A DNA stretch of 56,801 nucleotides from assembly GCA_013115125.1 (NCBI GenBank), contig JABANN010000177.1, forward strand, positions 1 to 56,801, written 5' to 3'. The translations under genes and the position numbers were made by a program. The DNA is from Perkinsus olseni (lineage: Eukaryota). The stretch's first letter is position 1; each line of letters begins with the position of its first letter. Below are positions 1 to 12,659 of this stretch, in pieces. Below the pieces are notes generated by a model. The model ran no database searches. It worked only from the letters and a program-made list of their open reading frames with translations, and was not told the DNA's origin.

Positions 1-242
1 CTTTCTTTCTCTCTCTTTGTACGGGGCAGGTTCAGCGTCCGATTCATTGATGTATATCGGCATAGTGCCCTGTAGTGCTTGGTCGACGGCTGTATATGGA
101 TATTGCTGTATATCTGCTTCATCGAACCGCTGAGTTCATGAACCCAATCCTGTGGTGTCTTGTGTTCGAGTCGAGGTGTGGCACGCGAAGGCAATGAACT
201 GTAGTGATCTTCTGAATCAATCTACGGAATGCATGAGCAAAC

Positions 243-612
243 GAGCATCCACGGTGCACACGTCTGTGCCACCATCACTGGTTGCGTGACCACCAGTGTA
301 CTTGATGTTTCAGACCGAATGTCCGGGCATAAATACTCTGAGCGGAACTTGAACCCGCAACCTTTAGATTAGATGTCCAACGGTCTATCCGATTGAGCCA
401 CCAGAGCTGGAAATGTTAGCGAAATTCTTAACGAGGGCCCTTCGACACCAGTGGTGTCGCACCACCGTGTTGCGTTGGGATGTTCACAATCAACGTGCGT
501 AGTGTATCAACGACTGAGTATCTAAGGTGTACACATCTGGGTGACCATCGCCGGTTACACAGCCAGCTCAGTGTACCAAGTCTCAGAGACTGCTTCAGAC
601 CGAATGTCCGGG
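243..612. repeat. Diverged direct repeat, two copies (~243-327 and ~516-612)
   Basis: The copies align (gagcatccacggtgcacacgtctg vs gagtatctaaggtgtacacatctg) and end in an identical 19-mer ttcagaccgaatgtccggg (309-327 and 594-612). Confidence 0.75.
334..407 (-). tRNA. tRNA-Arg(UCU)-like gene, probably degenerate or a pseudogene
   Basis: Minus strand GCTCTGGTGGCTCAATCGGATAGACCGTTGGACATCTAATCTAAAGGTTGCGGGTTCAAGTTCCGCTCAGAGTA folds as a cloverleaf with A and B boxes and anticodon TCT. It has A instead of the invariant U33, a C-C mismatch in the D stem and only three T downstream. Confidence 0.75.
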
Positions 613-696
613 ACTCAGGATGACTCAGCCTGCCTGACTTACGAAGACGGTTTCACGTTCTGCAGGGTTGATTGCAGAGCTCGCTAGCCGGCCAAC

Positions 697-739
697 GGAA
701 GCCGAACGGGACTACAGGACGTAGTCCCGTTCGGCTTCC
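697..739. repeat. Perfect 19-bp inverted repeat with a 5-nt loop
   Basis: ggaagccgaacgggactac (697-715), loop aggac, gtagtcccgttcggcttcc (721-739). Confidence 0.95.
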
Positions 740-930
740 TCCTGACGTACATACGGCGTACATCCAATTTCAATATGGCGGCTGCGGATTCGATGGATAT
801 TGTCTTGGTAATGGTGGAATGAACGGAAGTTTGGCTCTGGCGCTCCCTTCCAACAAGAGATCCCAACTAGAACACAAGCTGATCACGACGGCACATTGGA
901 AGGGAATCACATGACATACGCATACGAGCG

Positions 931-3900
931 TCAATTGCTCGTACCGGCACTCAGAGTTGGCGAGCCAGGAATCTCAAGAGGGAGCGCAGTCTTCGACTGA
1001 TTCACCGGCGTGTCAACACCACTCGCCCTCTCTTCTGCCTTCTCTCGAGCGATCTTAGCCTTTACTGACGTCCAATCGACCTGAAATACAAAAATTGCGT
1101 GACTCCTCAGTCATAATGGGACGGCATATGACGGGAACTTCTGCTGCGTATCTTCTGAACTTCTCATTATTCTCCGAGTGCTTCATCGATTCCAAATGTC
1201 TCATGCGGTAGGCCAGGACTGTATCGACATGAGTACGGTGTTGCACTGCAAGGTCAAGAGCGGCCTCCCACCGGTGCAGCCAGATGTTACTGAGGCCCGC
1301 GGATTTCAGAAGAGTGATGCTGCCACCTCACAATTTGATAGCCCTGTATATCTTCCTGTTCGCCACCAACAACTGGATGGCTTCGTTCGCTCGCCTCGAT
1401 AGAAGCATGATCTCGGCTTGTTTGACAATAGGGTCGGACTGGCCTTTAGCATGCCTCAACATCGACATCTGGGGACAAAGAAAGTCCACAGAGACATTTG
1501 ATAGGGCCCAAGCATGAACACTGCGAGGCGACCCTCGCTCTGTTCCATCCTCACCTTGCATACATCCGATATCGCAGCGAGGGCGGTCTCGAGAGTGTTG
1601 CCAGCGTCATTTACCTTCATTGCCATGGCAGCCAATGTTCCCCATAGTTCTTTCACTCGCACGTACCTACGGCACCAGCGCGAACAGGCGTGTAGGCAAC
1701 GCCCTCGCCGCCCACCTGCACAGCTTCACAGCTTTATCCCACTGGCCCTTTGCTTGCAACTTGTACAGAAGGGACGGGTATGGCGACACGGCAGTGACGG
1801 TTCGACCGCCATAAGGCCTCTTCAAGAGGACACGGGTCCCTGTAGTGCATGACGGAGTGCCACTGCACAGGAGGATGAGCTCACCGATGAAGGTCTCCAC
1901 AGTAGTATCGCCTGCGCCCCAGGAACCTGCGGAGCTCTCCCCTATTGACTGCCGAGGGATTTCAATCGTGTCTACCGTGAGATTGAGTAGCTGCGAGTCG
2001 GCTGAAATTCGCAAGGTCAACACAATCAGTGGCACGAGTCGTACTGAAGATGCACTGAGGGTAGTTCCACGTGATGAGCTGCTGGTCGGCGATCCCCACA
2101 AGCATGTCGGTGGCATCATTCCACTGGAAGCTCGATACCTGTCCACCACCAACTCGTTGTTATAGCAGGCGCTGCTGTGTCAAGGACCATAGCCTTCAAC
2201 TTCGGCGTCCGGTCGTCTCCTGTCGCCTTTATCGAGATGTACTTTAGCGGATAGCCAGCGGTGAGCCAGAGATCCTGATCTCAGCCGAGGAGGTTCGCAT
2301 GTGTTATCAGGGCCTCCTGGATGCTTACACCATTCTTGTCAAGGAAGGCGAGTTTTCTGTCGGCGACGCCCCCTATTTGAGAGAGGCCAACTTGCGTTAT
2401 TTCGACTGGAAGGGGGTACGACGTTGATGGCTCCAGCAAAGTCATCTCTCATTGCTACTACCGCTGTGAGGGAGGACCATCGGGCCTTTGCTGGAGGGAC
2501 CACCAGCAGACGAAAGAAGATCATATATACAGAGAATGCACGGGTTTGATGGGTCGACGTATCTGCGTAGGTAATCGTGGCGGGACTCTAAATTCCGGAG
2601 GCCTACACGAGCGTGTCCTTCGATATCGCTACTGTGAGGTGAGTGAGGAAGTCCAACCTTTGTTCCCTGGGAGGTCGAAGATACGACACTAACGAAGACT
2701 AGCGACATTATCTGCTGTGACGACTTTCCTACGTCGATTCCTCCTGTCATAAGCGTATATGCCGATGCCTTTGGCGTCAACCAAGCAGTACGACTCACTG
2801 CACTGAACTATCAGGGATGTGGAATCTACACACAGGTCGATTGCAAATGCAGTCATCGAATCACCCGCGACACCTCTGAGATCCTCCACTATTGGACTAG
2901 TCAGCCAGGAAGCCTCTTCGTCCCCCTCTCCCGCCATTCGGCGACTGTATCTGGCGTACAGCGACATGGCATCGCTGATCGTCAACAGCGAGGGACTCCT
3001 CGTGTACGAAGGGCGCCCAATGCTTAGGAATGCCGTAAGGCAGAATGACAGGCCGACAGAAGTTGTTTTACTACCGTACACGAAACACTGGGAGGAAGTG
3101 GTGACGACGAGGTAGCCGTGGGCGATGTGGAGGTCGGTCACTCGGTCCGTGAAGTCGATGGTCTCTTCTGATAATGTCGGCACATCTACTCGTCTTCAGA
3201 GCAATTGTTTTCACCTGTAGCCTCTGTGGTGTAGTCCTTCACTACAACAGTGTGGGCGTCAGTCAACACAGCCTCGACATTGAGCCACGAGCATGAACGG
3301 CCGACCACGCTAATGAAACATACCGACACAGAGGGATGGACCCAGCAATCCACTCCTAGTGACCAGATTCCTACTCTGCGGTGAGGACAGATCCATCGCC
3401 CATGCCCATGACCAGTTGGGTTCCGTCCTGGCTCCAGCAAAGAGCGATGGGAGAGCTCCCGGAGCCGGGAGTAGTGCCGCCATACTGCTGATTATACGAG
3501 GCAGGATCGAGATGGAGCCCGGAAAGGTTGGTGTCTGCGACGAGTCTTTGGGGCGCCTTCGTGGTACTGGGAGGACATCCAACCCACGACCTACGCGAGT
3601 GCCCCCAACCAGTAGCGTCGCAAAGCTTGATCATATCGCATATGCCAACAGCTAGCAGTTTGCCATTGGGCGTCCACTGAACTGCAGTGACAGCATGGTC
3701 CAGCGGGTCACTGCGGTATAGTAGCAGCCCCGATGCGTCCCAGATGCGGTATCTGACGATGAGTAAGTCCTTCGCGGCGTCATGGTGGAGTGTCAGAGCT
3801 CACCGGCAATCCTCAGCGCCAGACACTATTAACTTAGTGACCGGGCTCCAATCGAGGCAGAGAACCTGAGCCAGGTTCGTCATCTTTTCCGGTGCGAGGA

Positions 3901-4761
3901 GAGCTCCTGTACTTCACCGCTAGGAGCACCCTCGGGTCCACTATCAACTGCCTTCCATTGTATTAGGCCGCGGCCGGCTACGAGGGTCTTCAGATGAATT
4001 GATGAGCCACACGTGAACCTTTCCAGTAGGCTGGTAAAATTTGAACGGCGATCATCGCATAACTCACGCCAAAGTCTCGCTATCAGGAGACCAAGCAGCA
4101 CATGACACTGCTGTCGACACCTGCGCCAGCTGGGACCGGATCATACCGGTGCGTGACCAAACCTTCAAGGAACAAGCAAGGTTCACGGGGTTCCGACGGT
4201 GATGAAGACCTTAACGCTTCCATCCTCTCCACAAGAACACAGCAGCTGTCCCCCATGGTCCCAACGCAGGTGAGTGACGGACCCTCTGAGGACCGTGATT
4301 TTCGGCGGCAAATCCTAGCCTGACTCATGAGCTCACTTGTGCGTCTGCTGAGCTCTCCTCTCTTCCTTCCCGGAGGTGCTATTGATGAATCGGATGGTGC
4401 CATCAGAGCACCCCACAACCACAGCCTCGTCACCTTCGAGGATGTTTCACACCAATCTCAACATGAGCCATCACTGCTACCTCCGTGAGCAGTCATGGTT
4501 GTAATATGAGAGTCTACAGTACACAGCTCGCCGAGCATAGCGCCCTGAAAAGGCTACAGCTAGAGCGAGCAAGGCGAACGCTCGGTGCTTGCACCAGGTT
4601 ACATCTTTCTGATGCCAGCGAAGGATCTTCTGATGGTCACCGGCGGATAAGATCTCCGCTGCTCCACCGGTCTGCGGGCTACCACTCTTGAGAGACACCC
4701 CGGTACACATACCATCACGAGACTCGCTGGAGGCCGTGAGGCTGTGAATAGCAAGACGCAT
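931..4761 (-). CDS. IFT80: Intraflagellar transport protein 80 (WD40), multi-exon
   Basis: Exon peptides MRLAIHS..EILSAGDHQKILRW, IKLCDATGWGHS, FTDRVTDLHIAHGYLVVTTSSQCFVY, SPYPSLLYKLQAKGQWDKAVKLCR, LWGTLAAMAM, THVDTVLAYR and VDWTSVKAKI match IFT80 motifs in the expected order. ATG at 4761, TGA at 931-933. Confidence 0.92.
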
Positions 4762-5496
4762 GCTAATGGAAGCAGGAGAGACTGTGCATAAGAAAGCATT
4801 CTTCAACGTCAGAACCGTTCTTAGCTGTTGAGCCTCAACTCTCGGGAGATAGCAGAGGAGCAAGACTCCGGTGATCGATAAAAGCCAGTAATAACACTCA
4901 CTAGTCGGATGGTGCCTATCGATGGTGCAGCGCTGAGCACGTTGGTATACCAGTGAGGAGACCGTAGTTGTGCGAGCAGCGAAGTACGTGAAGTTGTCTT
5001 ATATTCTGCTCGCTAAAGGCCGTGAGGAGAGACAAAGAACGAAGGACCGATTCTCATGATCGAACAAGATCTTGGTGTCGTGGCGTCCTAGTCCATGATG
5101 TGGTCCACCAGCTACTCATCCCCATGGATATCTCAGGACCTCAAACGACTTCAAGCAATATATCAGGAACCTCGCAATCCCCGTATCGAGAGTCTGACGA
5201 TGAACATGTCTAGCCCGTCGGCAGGCTACGTAGCTATGCCGCTGTGGGTTTGTAGGGGCTCTGTTCTGGCCCGGCGAACTCAAATTGTCCTGGAATCTTT
5301 CACTCGAGGTGGGCCGACTCGAATTTGTTCGGGTAATACTGGCCAATGAATTGAAAAAGCGGCAAGCCTCTGACGGTAAGAAACGACACGTTTGAAACGA
5401 AGTGCGGGCAACAGCAGCTGTTATGAGCCGAAGAACCAGCTCCATCGCCGACGAGCGGTCTGCCACCAAGTTTCGTTGGGGTCCGGGAGCTTCACG

Positions 5497-7933
5497 TTAG
5501 AAAGGTCGATAGATCCCCGAGCTGCGGACCCGGCAGCGACGGCTTTCCTGAAAGTGCCACGAAATCACGACGAATTTCCGGTAGTCGCGAAGGCCGTACT
5601 TGAAAGCTGCTTTCATCCGCGCCTCCGCTCCATCCCTTCCTTTACCCTCCGGTAAAGGGGGACCCTCGCGCTCCTGCTGTGCAGCGATTAGGCCAGAATC
5701 AACGAGAACCTGACATGAGCACACCGGGGTTTTGCAGTACCGCACCACGCGCCGCACGAGCATTCTCACTTTCTCGACCTCTGGACCTGCCCGGAGGCCC
5801 TTCAGTAGCCGTATGGTAGTCTCACTGTCCCGACTTGGTGGATTCGTCGACACCGCGCTCAGCAAGATCTTACCGACAAGTGCCGTTAAGGCGGGACCTG
5901 CACTCGCCATAATGAAGGGCTTGAAGCGATCGCCGCAGCCCTACTTGACTCCTCCATATCGTTCATCAAGGACCTCGTTACTAAGATGATGTGGCATTGC
6001 TGCTGCGTGAACGGAATCTTTGTCTGGAGAAGAGCCACCGCAGCGGCATCGTGTAGCTCTCGGAAGCTGGGCGGCGGCGATGCTCCCTCAGTACCGAGTC
6101 GAGCCTTGCCAACCGCTCTGCCGTATGCACTGAGAGCTAGACAAACGGTAGCAGGAGGGATGCCAGCTCGCAAGAACTGTTCCTTGAAGGCTGGGGCCAA
6201 CTCGACCAGGAAACTTTCAGGGTCTTGCAGCAGCTTGACGCAGTTGAGGGCGATTAAGGCGAGACTGTGAACGTTTGTGGTAGTTGTGAACTCGGGTGAG
6301 GTGCTTCGTGCCGCGAGGGCTTGCAGGCCGTCTTGTGGCATCTCCGTGCATACACGATCGGCAGCAAAAGCGAGGAGAGAGATCACCTCAGAGATCTGGC
6401 CGTCGTCAACCTGGCGCCCCAGTAGAGTTTGTGCAATAAAGTCCCAGGTGAGTCCCCACTGCAAATGCTCCTGTTTGAGCTCCTGGAGGCCATGGCCCAG
6501 ACGCAGAATGAGGCGTAGGTCCACTTCCGGTGTGATGACAGTAGAACACAGATGCTGCATCCATGCCGTGAAGGCAGGATTACCGGAGGGAGCGCTGACA
6601 GCTAGGCCCCGACTGACTGATACAGCCAAGTCAACTAGCATCGGGCTCATCACGCAGTCAGCTGTTATCATTCTTCGACCACTTTCGGCAAGCATCTGAT
6701 CAAACAGGAAGACGTGAGAAACCCGGAGAGTAGGAAGAGACGGATAGCCCGCACCTCAGCAAGGGCGGCGTCATCGCAGACACCGAGCAAAGTGGCAGCA
6801 CCGGCCGCCCATTGGAGCTTGTCTAGGGTGAGCTCATCATGGTCCTCCTCTACATGCCGGGACAGGAAGCCGATCAGATGCTTAGCCGCGGCTGCTCGCC
6901 TCTCATCTGGCTTCGAGGGAGCCAGCCGTAAGGAGGCAATAACGAGGTCCACTAAGTCCCGTTCAGAAAGTCCATCTCCTGTCTGCAATCGCAGGTCAAT
7001 CTGGCACAACCGATCGCGCACTGGTCGGCCACGGAGCTGCAGGCGAGGGTACCTCAGCGAGCAATTTATGCCGTGTTTCTTCACTCTCTGAGCTCAGAGA
7101 AATCGCAAGGCTCGCTAGTTGCAGAGAGTCCAAAACCGAGGCACGAGAAAGGAGCTCCGGAGCTATTTGCCTGACATTGAGGACAGTGAACAATGAGTTG
7201 ACTAACACCCCTCACCTGGCCAACGCTGCATCTACTCTCTTGACAGGACCGAGGCTCGACAGAAGCAGTTGGAAATCTGCCGTTGGAAGGACCTAGCGAG
7301 AACAGGCATCGGTGGAGCCAGTATGCCGTGCAGCTACTTTCTCAACACGCTTTGAGAGCGCCGCAGTGACTTCGGTATTATCCGACCCCCGCAAGATACC
7401 GAGGTCAGAGGCCACTAGGAATACCGCTAAGGCTTGCTCATCCGCAAGGCCGATGAGCGACGAATCTTCCGACTTCAAGAATGGGTTCACGACGCTCGAG
7501 GAGAACACCTGAATGAAGGGCCACGACACAACTGCGGATCGATGACAAGGTACTCTGGCTACTGGTATGAAAGACACCGCAAGAGGCTAACAAAGAGCAC
7601 AACTCACTTTCCTGTAGTCTGCCAGCATGCTATGCGGTACGATACCAGCAACACAGTGGGAGATGTCGACGAACCGTCTGGGGTCTGACTCGAGGGCTCG
7701 CTCCGCCGACACCGCCAAGTCTAAAACGGAAGCCATAAGGGATAAGCCGATGATCGTGGCATACCGGCAAGTTCCTTCTGAGCCGGCACCTCTGGCGCCC
7801 GTCTCTGCAGAGCGGCAGCCGCCTTGAAGAGAGTGTCGACAGGATGCAACACCCTCGAGGACGCGGCGGCAGCAGCAGCAGTGGTAGCGGAGCCCTCCAC
7901 TGCCGCTCGGAGCAGCGGAAATTTCGCAAACAT
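5497..7933 (-). CDS. Hypothetical alpha-helical protein with a possible mitochondrial targeting peptide (RAP/FASTK-like possibility), multi-exon
   Basis: Consecutive Leu/Ala-rich minus-strand exons (ORFs 7293-7577, 6668-7084, 5886-6695, 5497-5910). N-terminus MFAKFPLLRAAV at 7933 splices GT-AG in frame to DLAVSAERALE. The 3' end is uncertain. Confidence 0.55.
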
Positions 7934-8164
7934 TGCCCCCTAAGACAATGCGTTCCGAGTTTTCAACTTCTACTCGGTCCATTGTGGTGCGATGGAGAGT
8001 CTACCCCTCGACAGCACCCGAGCACTACTCGATGCTCATAAGTACTGTTCAACGCTCACTAACACAACAACCGGCACAAACAACGGAAATGATCGAGCAG
8101 AGTAACACAAAGTTTTCACGATACTTCACGATCGCAAATTGAATAGTCAGCAGACGTGGGATGG

Positions 8165-11100
8165 TCAGGATGCAGGGACGGCCGCGACCCTGACAAAGTC
8201 TTCAAAGCAGAGACGGGCAGTTCGCAGGTTTTCCTCGTTGCTGGCGGAGTCCTGCAGCAGTTCCAGGCACTGCTCGCGAATGCCACCGAGTCTCGGGCGG
8301 ATTTCAGGGCGAGCACGAATAACTTCCATGAACCTGAAAATTGACCATCACAGCCATCACGATTTATGGCGGTCTACCTCTCGCAAATAGTCCTCTTGAG
8401 GTTCACGTTGTGTTTGAAGTGAGAGAGTTTAAAGATACCCTCAAGTGTGGGCATGAAGGCATCCAGAAGGTCAGATGGGTCGCTACGAAGCAAGCACGCC
8501 TAACAACAAACCCTCAACACACGGATCCGTCAGTGGGCAACAGTCACTCCCTTACCGAAGCCAGCAGGTCCACCGCGCCGTCACTTCGCTCCCAAGCAAC
8601 TGCATACCTATCCTCATCACCGCTGGAGCAGTTCATGCAGCCACCGCCAGGGCTCTGCGATGGACCGAATAATTTCATTCGGCCTCGAGGTTGCAAGCAG
8701 TCTTACCTTCCTCTTGAGATGCCCTAGATGAGTCTTCGGCGCCAAAGATCCGCAACTGTACATAGTCTGGTTCGATACCTGACCATGAATACCACTGCTG
8801 CGCCTTAGCGAGGTTGGATGATAGCAGCCATGACCAACCTCGTCAGGTGGGACATAGTCTTCGTGAGACACCTTCTTAGCCGGCACTGAGAAGGGGCCGC
8901 TGGGGGTGTAATGGGAGAACGACTCCGAGCTGAACAGGAGACATGCTGCTGTACTACAGGCGAACACTATGAGTAGGCCTACTTAGGAGACTGCTCGTGT
9001 GCTGCTCCGAGATGTCTCCGGAGGATGGCAAACAGATCTACGCGGGAAGGCTGATTCTCTGCTAACTCCGCGAGGGCGGTCGCTGCGTCACGACGGAGGG
9101 AAGGAATGTTATCCTGAAAATGAAGATTTTACGTACAGGACCTTCCTCAAACCGAGGAACTCCATGAACAAACTGAGTGGGGCAACGCGACAGGCAACCT
9201 ACCTGCATGAGATTCTCAAGCGTAGCAGCGAAGCTCTCAACAGCCGTGCTGAGAGCCCCCTCAGCCTCTTCCCCGTGCTTGGTTGTATCAAAACACCTGC
9301 TGCCGCTGCTCTTATTGGGTGAACCTCTCTTCGCTTGAAGAGAAGCCGTTGAATATAGTTCTCCTATAGCCTGGGCTGCAGTGTCTCTAACAGGCCAGGA
9401 CTCATCCTGAAAGGAAGAAGGAAGGCCACGTGAGGTGCAGGGAACACCCGGCGAACACAATGATATATCCGCAGATGCCCCACGATGCGGCTGTCTACAA
9501 AATTGTGCAACGACGGCAGAAGCGATATCAGGCTCAAGAAGCTCGAAGTAACACAGGCGATATTACTTGAGTGGCCTCGTTAAGCAGACCGACCAGTCGC
9601 CTCATAGTGGCTTCACACTCCTCTGCTTTGCTGGTCTGAGAGAAGACGATAATGTGGCGAAGACTGAGGGACGAGAAGAACTACCTCAACTACTGCGGGA
9701 AGTACCCTTGAACCGATCTCTCTAACGCAGTGGCAGCTAGCCTCTCGCACGGCATGATTCGGAGCGTTCATGGCCTACCAGGCGTCTTGTGCAACGAGAG
9801 GAATGCCTTCATTAAAATGCCACTCCGCGGCGCGTGGGTTCGGTGATGGACGCTGTCGCGTTCATCTCATAAAGGAGTCAGGGATCTGCGTGCGAGACTT
9901 TACGAGACTAGTAAAGCCCGTCAGATCAGGTGGCTCCTTGCGCCCCAGAGTAGACAGAAAAAAAAAATGCTGCGCGCGCTAACTTCCAGCCTCTCCACAG
10001 CTCCGCCTCAATGCCTCTAGCCCCGCTGAAACGGCTGGGCGTGCTCTGCGGACTATTGTGTGCGCGGTCCGCGCCGCTCCGTCTGTCATTTTAATGTTCG
10101 GTTAACAAGTTACCCCGTGTTAAATAAGAAGTGTCACCTCTTCCAATACATCCAAAACGAGCGACATGTTCTCGACGAGTATCCACGAGCCCCCCTGAGG
10201 GCCGACTAGGAGGCGCCACGTACCCTGCGCATGCACGCGGACCCCCTCGGCGACGTAGTGCCTGAATGGGTACATCAGACGATCAAGAAAGTCGGGAATG
10301 AAGTAAAGCTTGCCTGTTGAGGTAGACGGCAACAGCCATGCTAGCGAAGTTCGGCAGGGTAGTGAGTCTCTGGCGTATACTGAGGTCCGTAAAGGTATCC
10401 ACCTTAGTGACTACTGCTCTGGCGGCGATACAAGACGCGTATCTGGATGGAAGCGTTGATGCCGGGTGAGATGCTGCGAGGGAGGCGAATCAGTTCTCAG
10501 AAAAAGTTGAGTATTACGAAATAACATTTTTTTCTGGCTGCACTCCACGCAGCATGACGGAGCCATTTCAAACAGATTGCGACTAGACACTCGATGCCAC
10601 TGGTCGGTAGCGCGGGGGTCTCGCACCCCAAAACTCTATGCAGTCGATGCAGGTCGCGCGACCTGGGAGATATACCCTTATCCACTGTGTGGTACTACCT
10701 GACCTGACTCCAGTTATCCTTGAGGCCTCTGGTGACCCAACTGACCATGTCCTTGAACTCTGCCCAGCCATCTGCCTCTAGGCCTGATGATGATGATGGT
10801 CGACTGATGTGCAGAGCAGTACCATGAAGGTTACTCCTCACCTTGACGGCCTGCGACAGTTATGAGGTCCGCTAGGGCGAGGAACGAGTATTCCCGGACG
10901 AAACGGTTGAGGTGTGCACTAGACAACCTCAAAGTATCTATCATCACCATCATCAAGCGCATCATCAGCGCTCTCATCAAGAAGGAGCACCTAGGAGCTC
11001 TTTGTCGAGAGATCCTCCCTCTCCTCTGAACTGCTGACCACACCCCAAGACTATCTTCTGAACAGCCCTCATGGAGGTCTCTAGTGAGGACCAACCTTCG

Positions 11101-11857
11101 GTGTCGTGATGGCCAAGTGCAGCGGGACGGTGTCCGTCTGAAAAAGACGAATGAAACAAGCAAACGAGAGAAGGGCGTACCTCTGTGGGCGGCATTGTTA
11201 TCATCGGCAGCGACAATTCTAACTCTGTGATCTTCTATGTCGTTGAGAAGGAAGTCCTTCATTCTTAGCCACACGGCTCTACCCTCTCGCTGGCTTTGAG
11301 CCTCCAATAGATCACCCACAGCAAGTCGAACCCGGTATCTGCTCACCACCCATAGGAGAGTACAGAGTTACCCGAGGAAGCCCTCAACAAGAAGCCGGAC
11401 CAGGTTCCAACAATCGCTCCATCTCATGGCACCCCAGCACTACTCTGTATCTTTCAGACCAGTGAAAACAGCCTCAGCTACTCGTGTCGAGATCTCGTCG
11501 CTCCCTAGTAAGTTGAATCCTCCGCACTGTCGTTCGACTTTGGCCATCACCAGCAAAGCCGACTGTGCTGACTCCCACACACTCTCGGGAGGCGGACATA
11601 CTACCAAATCAATCAAAGTGTTATCCAGGGCTATGAGGGCCGGCTCCTAAGATAGAACCATCCGGCACATGAGTGCTTGCCCATTCATTGCCGTGAAGTA
11701 CTACCTCAGAAGTATTGCCGCTATCGACATCTTTCTTCATAGACGTCAGGATCCCAGCGAGCTGATGAGCCGCCTTCTCGCGGGTAAGCCTGGCTGAACT
11801 GCCTAGCTCCCTTATCAAATCCGGCACGGACGCATGCGGACGAGCAACGGTAGCCAT
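8165..11857 (-). CDS. Conserved uncharacterised HEAT/ARM-repeat protein, multi-exon
   Basis: Spliced motifs in order: HDTEGWSSLETSMRAVQ, NRFVREYSF, GLKDNWSQVRYAS, LNRHYVAEGVRVHAQ, NHAVREASC, DESWPVRDTAAQAIG, MYSCGSLAPK, GGCM..WERSDGA. ATG at 11857, TGA at 8165-8167. Confidence 0.75.
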
Positions 11858-12583
11858 CGACTGAGAAAGTTGATAAAACCATGGGTGGATTGTGCGAGGA
11901 CACCGAAACATCGAATGATTGATGCAACAAGACCTCGGAAGGTTTCACTAATGTGACAGTAGGAAAACGTAAATCGAAGTGACCAGGGCCTCGGTCGGAG
12001 CGCCAAAAAGATGCGACGCGAAATGAACACAGAATTCCACATAAAATGAGCTAAAAATACGAAGGCTCTGGTCGTTACAGATGAGCATGCGTAGTCCGTC
12101 CAAAACAGTTCGCAGGCCGAGAAGCAACCCTTGGCACGGTACGGTGCTCTCCAACCTCCACCATGGTATCACCTGCCTATCTTCTGCGAAACCTGTTGCC
12201 GCTGACTCGTGATCAGAAGAGAGAATCATGCCAACAGAATCCACAATACTAGTACTACAAAACCATCAGAGTCTTACTGCTACAGTCTGTGCCAGTACTC
12301 ACAGAGCCAAGCACTGCACGAGCATAGGAGCGAGGGTCAGGGTTGCAGCCGATCCCATGCGTACTCGAACTACACACACAACAGCAATGATTGTGCATAA
12401 TGGGAAACTTGGGGTTTAGAAGCCTCAAAAGTCGAGCCTCGTGAGGCGATAGATCCGCAAGCTCCAGTTCGCAGACTCAAGGCACACACAACAAGAGAAA
12501 CAATACCGTCCGCAGTTCACGGCCCGAGAGCAGCATTACCAGGCACTGACCACGTGCAAAGTTTACCAGCGTTTACAATTTCG

Positions 12584-12659
12584 TCTCCGACAGCTCAGTT
12601 GGCTAAGTACCTAACGACGGATCGAAAGGGATGTGGGTCGATCCCCGGGCCCCGAGCCA
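12584..12659 (+). pseudogene. Degenerate tRNA-like sequence, resembling tRNA-Arg(ACG)
   Basis: A-box-like AGCTCAGTTGG (12592-12602), an anticodon-arm-like ctaacgACGgatcgaaag and a B-box-like GGGTCGATCCC at tRNA spacing. Stems pair poorly. Confidence 0.45.

Noticed and set aside
4900..5490. Short ORFs on both strands between IFT80 and the helical protein
   Set aside because: No recognisable motifs or coherent splice model.
10634..10650. Minus-strand tcgactgcata resembles the U1 snRNA segment before the Sm site
   Set aside because: There is no ACTTACCTG 5' end, no U1 stem-loops and no proper Sm site.
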